Sequence record: NC_028256.1
DNA: 13,769 nt
Reading direction: 5' to 3' (one strand)
Shown here: piece by piece, positions 6,356 to 13,659 of the stretch
How the letters are laid out: every line of letters begins with the position of its first letter
How positions within the stretch are numbered: position 1 is the stretch's first letter
The notes under the pieces: model-generated
What the model saw: the letters and a program-made list of their open reading frames with translations, nothing else
Databases searched by the model: none
What the model was told of the DNA's origin: nothing
Translations under genes and position numbers: made by a program

Positions 6356-7024
6356 CTACCTCCCCAGCTTGCCTACAATACCCACCATCCTGTCGAGAAT
6401 CTTTATGACGACACCGAAAACAGCAACAACAACCAGCAGCGGCATCACGGCGGCTACAGCCTCTGTTATAGCGCTGGGGTCGTACATGGCGCTATAATCT
6501 GGCTCCGTCGACAATGTTATACTGCCAGCGGTGAAAGCCTGGGTGGTGCCGTCAGGCGTGTGGGCCCATATGTCGGCTAGGCTAGGCGCATTTATGTTGG
6601 CTAGCTCGTACAGCAGGTTTCCAGCGTCGTCGTAGATCTGAAGCTTGTCCTGGCGGTACTTTATTGTAAGCCCTGCTAGCTGGCTCCAGTCCCCCAGAAC
6701 TACGTCAGTCGTGACGCCTAGCGCAGGGGCCTGTAGCACTATGCTCCCGCTGGTCTTGAAGAATAGAATCAGCACCTCATTAGCGGCTGAGTCCCTGAAG
6801 CTTAGTGCCAGGTTGTCGGTTGCTGGGGCGTTTGTAGTGGAGTCTATGTTAACCTGCAGCCCGCTCCAGGCGACGGTTATCAGTGCTGGAGGGTCTACTG
6901 GGAAGCTGTATGTCTGGTTGACTACTGTAGCGTCTATGGTTACGCTGGCCGCTGCCAGGGCTGGCGCTGCTGGCGCCACCAGCAGTGCTATAGCTATTGC
7001 AAAAGCGACTAGTGGGAGCTTCAT
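6356..7024 (-). CDS. Putative minor virion protein (222 aa): signal peptide, beta-rich ectodomain, C-terminal TM helix and basic tail
   Basis: MKLPLVAFAIAIALLVAPAAPALAA leader, NQT sequon, C-terminal AVAAVMPLLVVVAVFGVVIKILDRMVGIVGKLGR. Confidence 0.8.
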   Translation of the reverse strand: MKLPLVAFAIAIALLVAPAAPALAAASVTIDATVVNQTYSFPVDPPALITVAWSGLQVNIDSTTNAPATDNLALSFRDSAANEVLILFFKTSGSIVLQAPALGVTTDVVLGDWSQLAGLTIKYRQDKLQIYDDAGNLLYELANINAPSLADIWAHTPDGTTQAFTAGSITLSTEPDYSAMYDPSAITEAVAAVMPLLVVVAVFGVVIKILDRMVGIVGKLGR

Positions 7025-7045
7025 GGTAACCCCCTCTAGCGCGGT

Positions 7046-7303
7046 TTATGTGAAGCTCCTGAACACCCTCTCTATCACGTCGAAGATCTTCATTAGGAAT
7101 ATCAGGGGTATCAGCAGGGCGAAGAGGCTCATTATTATCGGTAGCATCTGGTTTATTATGCTTGTCATGTCTGTAGTCGTGGTCTGGCCGAGCACTGCAA
7201 GGGCTAGGGCTACGCCCGCCAGGGCCCTTGCCTTGAAGCCTGTGGCCGCGTGTTTGATGCTCTCTCTAAGGCCTGCCAGGGCCCTCCTTAGCCTACCTAT
7301 CAA
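7046..7303 (-). CDS. Candidate major capsid protein (85 aa, hydrophobic alpha-helical)
   Basis: First gene of the leftward structural operon. Basic N-terminus, hydrophobic leader, then amphipathic helix, hydrophobic helix and basic tail (DMTSIINQMLPIIMSLFALLIPLIFLMKIFDVIERVFRSF). SD-like GAGGCGGT before TTG. The MCP role is inference. Confidence 0.7.
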   Translation of the reverse strand: MIGRLRRALAGLRESIKHAATGFKARALAGVALALAVLGQTTTTDMTSIINQMLPIIMSLFALLIPLIFLMKIFDVIERVFRSFT

Positions 7304-7391
7304 GGCTACCGCCTCTATGTAGACCTGTTATGACTTCGAAATTGTTTAGAGCTCCTCTTTTACAATAGATTAAGGTGGGTGCCCCCGCTAC

Positions 7392-7676
7392 ATGGCGGCT
7401 CTCAGTCCTCCAAAGAGGGTGACCTTGGCGTTCGTTCACAGGGAGACTGGCAGTGTGCATAAGAAGAGGCAGTTCGAGTTCCGCAACGAGCATAGGGCCC
7501 TGATAAAGATGTGGGCCTGGGTGTTGAGCTACATGGAGGAGTACCCTCCGAAGTCCTACCGCCTAGTAGCATACATACATGAGGGCCCCTACCCCGAGTT
7601 CATAGCCAGAAAGCTCAGGGAGTGGAATATACGGGTTATAGAGCCCAGCGGAAAGGGTATAGAGGTGTACAAGTAG
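7392..7676 (+). CDS. Hypothetical cytoplasmic protein (94 aa)
   Basis: ATG 7392 divergent from the capsid operon, AT-rich upstream (TTTTACAA 7358-7365), typical codon usage. Confidence 0.75.
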   Translation: MAALSPPKRVTLAFVHRETGSVHKKRQFEFRNEHRALIKMWAWVLSYMEEYPPKSYRLVAYIHEGPYPEFIARKLREWNIRVIEPSGKGIEVYK

Positions 7677-7783
7677 TGGTGTGGTACCAGGACCCAGTGC
7701 AGGTCGTGCTGGTGACGTTCGTAGCCGCTGGTATGGCGTACCTAGGCTACAGGCTCGTTAAGCTTATACTCGACTCCTTCTAA
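7676..7783 (+). CDS. Small single-pass membrane protein (35 aa)
   Basis: Manual translation MVWYQDPVQVVLVTFVAAGMAYLGYRLVKLILDSF. GTG overlaps the upstream TAG, GAGGTG SD at 7661-7666, TAA 7781-7783. Not in the ORF track. Confidence 0.7.
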   Translation: MVWYQDPVQVVLVTFVAAGMAYLGYRLVKLILDSF

Positions 7784-8129
7784 CGATCATAGTCCTTGCC
7801 AGTCTAGATACTCTACCTCTAGGCAGCCTCCACTCCCTCAGCACGTACTCGACCAGGAAATCGGTGGCCTCGACTATCATCCTAGGCGCCCTATGCCTCC
7901 TTGCCAGGAGCTTTAGGAAGTTGAGCCTCCTAACAGCTAGCTCTTTCGTCATCTTAATTCTCTTACAGCTCCTGTTCTCGTAGGTGTACCCCCTCCTAAG
8001 GTCTCTTAGTATTAGCTTTGCTATTGCAGCGGCCTCGGCTAGAGTATCTATGCCAGGCCGCCTAGCCCTCCTAACATACACACCCTCCTTGCGGGCGTAG
8101 CAACTCTTAGGCCCCTGATAGACTGGCAT
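7764..8129 (-). CDS. Highly basic protein (121 aa), putative DNA-binding/genome-condensing protein
   Basis: About one quarter Arg+Lys by manual count. ATG preceded by GGGGTGGGAG SD. Confidence 0.8.
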   Translation of the reverse strand: MPVYQGPKSCYARKEGVYVRRARRPGIDTLAEAAAIAKLILRDLRRGYTYENRSCKRIKMTKELAVRRLNFLKLLARRHRAPRMIVEATDFLVEYVLREWRLPRGRVSRLARTMIVRRSRV

Positions 8130-8139
8130 ACTCCCACCC

Positions 8140-8919
8140 CTAGGGTGCTATGAGCTCGTCTAGATGCTCCAGCTCGTATCTTGCTACATCGTCTAGCTCT
8201 TTCACAACCATCCTCTCCCACTCGCTCCCCTCATACATCCTCCTCACGTGCTCCCACCTCGCCATATCCTCCCTCGCAATCTCCTCCAACGTCTTGCCCA
8301 GGGCTTCCTTAACCAGGCTCTTGGCATAGTAGTAGCCTAGAGACCAGTCTATGAGCTCCTTCCAGTCGTACTGATACGGGTCCACCCCCTTCTCCCTAGC
8401 CCTGTCGTGTATAGCCTTTGCTAGTGCTAGAGCCGTGATGTAAGTCCAGACCCTATCCTTTCCTCGTTTGTAGCGTTTGGGTATCCAATCCCAGACATCC
8501 TCGGCTAGCCTTCTAATGGCAGGGCTCCTAACCCATGTCCGTCTAGCCCTCTTGACAGCCTGGGCCAGAGTCTTGGCCGCTATCGCCCTGGCTAGGGCCC
8601 TCCTGGCATCCCTACTCTTAAGACCCGACTTTCTGGCTAGGCGGGCCGCTCCCTTGACAGCCCCCTGCTTAACCCCGTTTTTGAGCCTCCTAACGGTCTT
8701 AGCCAGGTCGTGGGTGTGCCTCCAGGCCCCCCTGCCTACCCTCTTGCCGCGTCTTTTGTCGAGGTGGGGTGTGTGCTTTGAGATGTGATTCCTGGAGCGG
8801 GCGTAGTAGTAGCCTGGGCCAGTCCAAGCCTTCTCGCAGGCCCTCCTGCTGTAGCCCCTCTCCTCGCACCATTTGAGTAGCTGCTTCTTGGTGTTGAACT
8901 TGTAGAGCTTGGTGACCAA
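8140..8919 (-). CDS. Basic DNA-binding-like protein with an acidic C-terminal tail (259 aa)
   Basis: Arg/Lys/Ala-rich N-terminal and central parts; Glu/Asp-rich end (KELDDVARYELEHLDELIAP). TTG after GGGGGCGG. Confidence 0.8.
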   Translation of the reverse strand: MVTKLYKFNTKKQLLKWCEERGYSRRACEKAWTGPGYYYARSRNHISKHTPHLDKRRGKRVGRGAWRHTHDLAKTVRRLKNGVKQGAVKGAARLARKSGLKSRDARRALARAIAAKTLAQAVKRARRTWVRSPAIRRLAEDVWDWIPKRYKRGKDRVWTYITALALAKAIHDRAREKGVDPYQYDWKELIDWSLGYYYAKSLVKEALGKTLEEIAREDMARWEHVRRMYEGSEWERMVVKELDDVARYELEHLDELIAP

Positions 8920-8983
8920 GGCCGCCCCCAGGCTGTATTGGGGTCTCTATGCTGGTGGTGTTTCTAACGTTTTCAAGGCGGCT

Positions 8984-10159
8984 CTAGAAGACTATGTCTA
9001 TCAGCGTCTTTATCAGCTCAACGGCTTTTGCCGCCAGGCTGGCGCTCGCCTCGAGGGCTGCCTTGGCTATGCCGAAGAGCCCCATAAGTATCCTGTAGTT
9101 CCTGTAGAAGAAGTCCACAACAGGCTCGACGCTAGTTTCCTCGACAGTCCTGAATATGCTAGACAGCAGCCACAGGCTCCATAGGACACCAGCATACGGC
9201 AGGAATACTAGCGTCCCCTGGACGGCCAGGGGGGCTACCGTCATTATCACGTTTACCAGCGTTCTTACGCCCCCCCAGCCCTTTATATACGTCTCGGTGC
9301 GGGGCTCGCTAACCTTTTCATATGCTGTACCCCACTCCGTCCAGACTATCCTGACATGCCAGGGCGTGTATGTTAGCTCGCTGACGACAATCTCATACGT
9401 CCCAGGGCCCTGGAAAGTCAGGAACGCATCCCTGGAGACCTTATCGAGAACACCGTCACCGTTAGTATCCGCTGCTATATGGGCGTAGAACTCTGTGCCA
9501 AGCTGGAGGCCGTCCAGGTAGAACTTCACCCTCACCCCACTCTCCTGAGGCTCAACCGACAGGACCTTAAGCTCTACGAGGCTGCTACAGTCTATCTGGT
9601 CGGCCATGATCTGGAACACGGGGTCTGGATAGCTCCCTGGGTCGTAGGGCTCCCAGCTGCCGTCGCCGTTGGAGTCCCATATCCTGACCATCTTCAGGTT
9701 GGGCACCGTATCCTCGCCAGTTATCTTGATCGAATAGTATTCGTCCAGGCTGGGTGTGCCATTAGGCTTGGAGACTATCATTAGGGCGTAGTACTTGTCC
9801 GCCGCCAGGCTCTGGCTCAGGCTTATTATGACAGCCTCGTCGTAGGTCGGTATATACTCGGCCTGGTGCAGCAGGTTGTAGGGTATACCGTCGAAGGTGC
9901 CAGCAGCCACTGGATCCTGGCTGTACTCCCTCAGCTCCACCTGGATGGCCCACCCGTCGTCGTCATACGCCTTGAAGACTATCTGCACGTTCCCAGCGAA
10001 GCTGCAGCCCCACCAAAGTATAGCCATAGCCTTGTGGAGCTTGTAGTAGCTGCCTGGCGGCTCTCCAGGCCCCCAGGCTGAGAGTGCCCTTGCATCGGTA
10101 GCTAGCCCTGGGAGCAGGAGTAGGAGCAGCAGCCCCGCCAGGAAGCCCCGACTCACCAT
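8984..10159 (-). CDS. Secreted/membrane-anchored protein (391 aa) with beta-rich ectodomain; candidate spike or adhesin
   Basis: Signal peptide MVSRGFLAGLLLLLLLPGLATDARA, two Dx[DN]xDG motifs (DSNGDG, DTNGDG), C-terminal hydrophobic and amphipathic helices. Confidence 0.85.
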   Translation of the reverse strand: MVSRGFLAGLLLLLLLPGLATDARALSAWGPGEPPGSYYKLHKAMAILWWGCSFAGNVQIVFKAYDDDGWAIQVELREYSQDPVAAGTFDGIPYNLLHQAEYIPTYDEAVIISLSQSLAADKYYALMIVSKPNGTPSLDEYYSIKITGEDTVPNLKMVRIWDSNGDGSWEPYDPGSYPDPVFQIMADQIDCSSLVELKVLSVEPQESGVRVKFYLDGLQLGTEFYAHIAADTNGDGVLDKVSRDAFLTFQGPGTYEIVVSELTYTPWHVRIVWTEWGTAYEKVSEPRTETYIKGWGGVRTLVNVIMTVAPLAVQGTLVFLPYAGVLWSLWLLSSIFRTVEETSVEPVVDFFYRNYRILMGLFGIAKAALEASASLAAKAVELIKTLIDIVF

Positions 10160-10215
10160 GATTCCGTAACCATCATTTCAATTACCCAATCAACTATTGT
10201 CTCGGTAGCGGAGTC

Positions 10216-10821
10216 ATGGCTGCTTATGGCCTCCCAAGTGTGGACGAGCTGGCTGTAATCGCTCTGCTCCTCTCAATAGGGCTCCTAGCTGTGATAATGG
10301 GGGCAATTATAGGGGAGAGCCTGGCCAGGGCATCTGGTGTAGGGGGGAGGAGGCCTAGGCCAGCAGTTCTCCTTGTAAAGTCGCCGCTAGAGGTCGAGCT
10401 GAAGGATAGGGTTATCGAGACTACGAGAGGCGACCTGATAGTCAGGGACGGCAAGGAGCTACTGGTATACAGGAAGCCAGAGGGGGTTAAGCCTGTCGAG
10501 GTCAGGCTTGGTAGGAAGACTGTGAAGGCGTACCTAGTTGACTCCAAGAGGGAGGTGTTCTACACGATACCAGAGAAGGTTGAGGCTCGCGTTGGGGATG
10601 GGAGCGTTAAGCTCCACCCTGCTATGGTGGACCCAAAGACGCTGGCCGAGTACATAGCCAGCAAGAGCCTGGAGAAGCTACTAAAGCCGATGAGGGTTGG
10701 CAGCCTCGAGGCTGTGCTCTACATGGCTCTAGGCGGCCTTATGGTGCTGCTCATGATATTCTTCGTCCTCCCAATGCTAGGCTACCAGGTCAGCATAGGC
10801 GGGGGTGGCGTGTTTGGCTAG
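10216..10821 (+). CDS. Membrane protein with N- and C-terminal TM helices and a central soluble domain (201 aa)
   Basis: TM LAVIALLLSIGLLAVIMGAIIG and TM AVLYMALGGLMVLLMIFFVLPMLG. First gene of the rightward operon. Confidence 0.8.
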   Translation: MAAYGLPSVDELAVIALLLSIGLLAVIMGAIIGESLARASGVGGRRPRPAVLLVKSPLEVELKDRVIETTRGDLIVRDGKELLVYRKPEGVKPVEVRLGRKTVKAYLVDSKREVFYTIPEKVEARVGDGSVKLHPAMVDPKTLAEYIASKSLEKLLKPMRVGSLEAVLYMALGGLMVLLMIFFVLPMLGYQVSIGGGGVFG

Positions 10822-11212
10822 TAGAAGGAAGGGCGAGGGTCGGGAGGAGGCTCTGCCGCTGGTAGACCCCTTCGAGGAGGATATAGACTGGGAAGCTGCT
10901 GCGGAAGACGAGGTAACTGGGGCCCACAAGATTGCTATACAGCTTCTAGCGGCCCCGAAGGGTAGGGCTAAGCTCACCCTCTCAGACCTCTCTGGAGGCG
11001 AGGTAAGGGCTATAGCAACTCTCAGGTCGATAGCCCAGGTGATACCAGATCCTGTTATGCTGGCGTACATAGACAACTACCTTTTGCTCAAGAGGAGCCA
11101 GAAGCGGCAGGGCGTCAAGGAGATCCTGGCCATAGTCGGGGCTAAGGGGCTGCGCGTACTGCAGGCGATACGCCTAGGCAGAACCAGGACAGTAAGGGAG
11201 GAGGAGTTCTAG
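10814..11212 (+). CDS. Hypothetical protein (~132 aa) adjacent to the ATPase; position analogous to fusellovirus A154
   Basis: Track frame 10805..11212; TTG 10814 preferred because it follows GGGGTGG (SD) and overlaps the upstream stop. The A154 analogy rests on synteny only. Confidence 0.75.
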   Translation: MASRRKGEGREEALPLVDPFEEDIDWEAAAEDEVTGAHKIAIQLLAAPKGRAKLTLSDLSGGEVRAIATLRSIAQVIPDPVMLAYIDNYLLLKRSQKRQGVKEILAIVGAKGLRVLQAIRLGRTRTVREEEF

Positions 11213-11228
11213 TCTGGAGGTGGATTAG

Positions 11229-11972
11229 ATGGGGGGTACCCCCGCCCTAGAAGAGTCCAAGGTCAAGGGCAACCTAGCGAGGCTACTGTGGAAGGAGATG
11301 AAGGAGCAGGACAGTAGCAGCGTGGTAGTGGCATTCGGGAGGACGGGAGCGGGTAAGAGCCAGTACGCCATGAAGGTCTCACACCAGTTCTACGGGGATT
11401 GGAGGGAGGTGCTCAGGCGGCTCGTGTTCACTCCCTTCGACTTCCAGAGGGCCATAGAAGAGCTTGATGCCCGTGATGAATGGATACCTGTCTTGGTATG
11501 GGATGATGCGGGGCCCTGGCTGGAGCTTTTGAAGCGTAACAGCTGGCACCCCCTGGCTATCGGGGTTAGGGGGGCTTTCGAGACCGCCAGGGTCAGGGTG
11601 GGGGCTATACTCCTGACTATGACCACGGACAGGAGCCTCCCTAGGAGCATAGCATACGACGGGTACCTCTACAAGTTCAGGGCCAAGCTCGTCAAGTGGG
11701 GCAGCCAGGGGGACGGGAAGCCAAAGAGCGTGGCTAGGATCCAGGTGAGGAGGGAGCGGGAGAGCGAGTGGGGCAAGTTCTACTGGGAGGAGGCCTATAG
11801 GGACTGGGTAACCCTGAACGTGCCAGTCTACGGGGAGTACCTGGAGCTGAGGAAGAGGTTCCTCAGGCTCTACAACAAGCTGATAAGGGAGGCCCCCAGG
11901 CTGGGGCCCAGGCAGGCCCTAGAGTTCATAGCGCGGGAGTGGGAGAGGATGAGGAGTGGAGGCGAGGGCTAG
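11229..11972 (+). CDS. P-loop ATPase of the SSV1 B251 (DnaA-like) family (247 aa)
   Basis: Walker A VAFGRTGAGKS and Walker B VLVWDDAG. Size and location upstream of the integrase as in fuselloviruses. Confidence 0.85.
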   Translation: MGGTPALEESKVKGNLARLLWKEMKEQDSSSVVVAFGRTGAGKSQYAMKVSHQFYGDWREVLRRLVFTPFDFQRAIEELDARDEWIPVLVWDDAGPWLELLKRNSWHPLAIGVRGAFETARVRVGAILLTMTTDRSLPRSIAYDGYLYKFRAKLVKWGSQGDGKPKSVARIQVRRERESEWGKFYWEEAYRDWVTLNVPVYGEYLELRKRFLRLYNKLIREAPRLGPRQALEFIAREWERMRSGGEG

Positions 11973-12258
11973 GCTCGCCTGGCTGCTATGGCTGCTACTG
12001 CTGCAGGCCCTGGACGCTGCTACAACGGTTCTAGCCGTCAGGGCTGGGGCAGTCGAGCTTAACCCCCTGGTTAGGCTGTTGCTTGAGAGCCCTTGGGCGC
12101 TGCTTACTGCTAAGCTGCTAGCAGGGTGGGCTGTCTGGCTACTTGCTGGAGGCTCTAGGGCTGCTATGCTCCTAGTCTCGGCCCTCTACATTCAAGCGGT
12201 AGCAGCTAACACGCTCAGCCTGCTTAAATCATGGGTAGTTTTAAGCAGCATGTTTTAA
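11956..12258 (+). CDS. DUF5658-like small membrane protein (100 aa)
   Basis: Motif LDAATTVLAVRAGAVELNP fits the LD-x2-TT...G-x2-E-x-NP signature. Three hydrophobic helices; GTG after GAGGAG. Confidence 0.75.
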   Translation: MEARARLAWLLWLLLLQALDAATTVLAVRAGAVELNPLVRLLLESPWALLTAKLLAGWAVWLLAGGSRAAMLLVSALYIQAVAANTLSLLKSWVVLSSMF

Positions 12259-12272
12259 GCAAATGGAGATGC

Positions 12273-13472
12273 ATGTGGGGTGAACCCCTCTTGTATGGAG
12301 CTGGAGACTCGACTGTAACATTGGTGCCTAAACCCTTGTACGTGTACGTCCACACCGTCAAGAGCAAGGGCAGGATATACCAGTACCTCGTCGTAGAGGA
12401 GTACCTCGGCCAAGGCAGGCGTAGAACCATCCTCAGGATGCGCCTCGAAGAAGCCGTAAGGAAGCTGCTAAACAATGAAAAGAAGGACAGCGCCGAAACC
12501 GCAGGGTGGTGCGGGGGGTGGGATTTGAACCCACGCAGGCCTACGCCAACGGGTCTTAAGCCCGCCCCCTCTAAGCCATTCTCATCGATGGTAATTGAAA
12601 AGAGAGATTCGGGTGATGGAGAATCGGAGCCTAGTTTTAAGCAGGATGGAGGGTTGATTGTTTCTGAAACTCTGGCTTCCAGGTTTCTCGAGTGGCTGGA
12701 CCTGCCAGAGGACTCGAGGCAGCTGAGGGACTACAGGAACAACCTGAGGCTGCTTATAGGAAAGCCACTGGACTGTGCTACTCTCCATGAGTTCGCTAGC
12801 CAGAGCAAGAGGAAGTATGAGACCGCCTCGAGGCTGCTGAGCTTCGTGGCCAGCAAGAGGGGCTTGGGGCTTAGGCAGCTTGCAGCGGAGCTTAGGGAGT
12901 GCCTGGGCAAGAAGCCTAGGAGCGGCAGCGACACCTACGTGCCCCCAGACTCGAGTATCCTCGAGGCTGCTAGAAGGCTCGAGGGGACTAGAGTCTACCA
13001 CGTGTTCCTCCTGCTGGTGGGCTCGGGTGCCAGGCTCTCCACGGTACACTGGCTGCTGCGCCAGGGCCTCGACTCCTCGAGGCTAGTCTGCCTTGAGGAT
13101 AGGGGGTTCTGCAGGTACCACGTCGACTACGTTAAGGGCGAGAAGCTCCAGTGGGCCCTCTACAGTCCTAGGGAGTTCTGGGAGAGAGTACTCGAGGAGC
13201 CCAGGCTAACCCTGTCCTACAACAGGGTCCAGGAGCAGATAGCGGGGGCTGGCGTCAAAGCCAAGCACATTCGAAACTGGGTCTACAACAAGATGCTATC
13301 CCTAGGGATGCCCGAGGGCGTAGTCGAATTCATAGTAGGCCATAAGGCGTCGAGCATTGGAAGAAGACACTACATGAACATGATAGTCCAGGCTGACATG
13401 TGGTACACAACATACTTGCCCGTAATCCCGAAAAGCCTTAAACTAAGCTGCACCACATGCTATGAGGGTTAA
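12273..13472 (+). CDS. int: SSV1-type tyrosine integrase, partitioned by attP on integration
   Basis: Catalytic residues R (SGARL), K (VKGEK), HxR (KHIRN), H (IVGH), Y (RRHYMN). SSV-like N-terminal KGRIYQYLVVE segment; tRNA-derived attP read in frame. Start uncertain (ATG 12273, TTG 12321 or GTG 12324; the track uses 12231). Confidence 0.95.
   Translation: MWGEPLLYGAGDSTVTLVPKPLYVYVHTVKSKGRIYQYLVVEEYLGQGRRRTILRMRLEEAVRKLLNNEKKDSAETAGWCGGWDLNPRRPTPTGLKPAPSKPFSSMVIEKRDSGDGESEPSFKQDGGLIVSETLASRFLEWLDLPEDSRQLRDYRNNLRLLIGKPLDCATLHEFASQSKRKYETASRLLSFVASKRGLGLRQLAAELRECLGKKPRSGSDTYVPPDSSILEAARRLEGTRVYHVFLLLVGSGARLSTVHWLLRQGLDSSRLVCLEDRGFCRYHVDYVKGEKLQWALYSPREFWERVLEEPRLTLSYNRVQEQIAGAGVKAKHIRNWVYNKMLSLGMPEGVVEFIVGHKASSIGRRHYMNMIVQADMWYTTYLPVIPKSLKLSCTTCYEG
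12507..12570 (-). other. attP: 3' portion of tRNA-Leu(UAA) including anticodon arm, variable arm, T arm, acceptor 3' strand and CCA (not a complete tRNA)
   Basis: Minus strand reads AGGGG GCGGG CTTAAGA CCCGT TGGCGTAGGCCTGC GTGGG TTCAAAT CCCAC CCCCCGC A CCA. Anticodon TAA at 12558-12556; 5' acceptor strand and most of the D arm are absent. Confidence 0.93.
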
Positions 13473-13616
13473 CACCCTTTTAGGACTACCGCGCCTAAAA
13501 GAGAGGGGTCGGAAAACTACAAAAGCAGAACGAGAAGGGGTGAGGGGCTGTGATGAGCGGCTTGGAATCGTAGCCGCTTAGGCTATGACGGAGCGGTGAC
13601 CTGGACCCGCTACGTC

Positions 13617-13622
13617 TTTTTT
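13617..13622 (+). terminator. T6 tract, possible archaeal intrinsic terminator for the rightward operon
   Basis: TCTTTTTTG about 145 nt downstream of the integrase stop. Confidence 0.4.
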
Positions 13623-13659
13623 GTCCCTGGACTGAGCCCCCACCCCCCAATTAGTCCTG

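Noticed and set aside
6645-7322. 225-aa plus-strand ORF
   Set aside because: Antisense shadow of the 222-aa and 85-aa structural genes; Ser/Ala-rich with no recognisable motif.
12231-12272. Integrase start at ATG 12231
   Set aside because: It overlaps the DUF5658-like gene and a TATA-like repeat region, and adds residues with no integrase-like character; later starts are more plausible.
12507-12570. Functional virus-encoded tRNA-Leu gene
   Set aside because: Only the 3' ~64 nt are present; the 5' acceptor strand and most of the D arm are missing. It is the attP homology segment.
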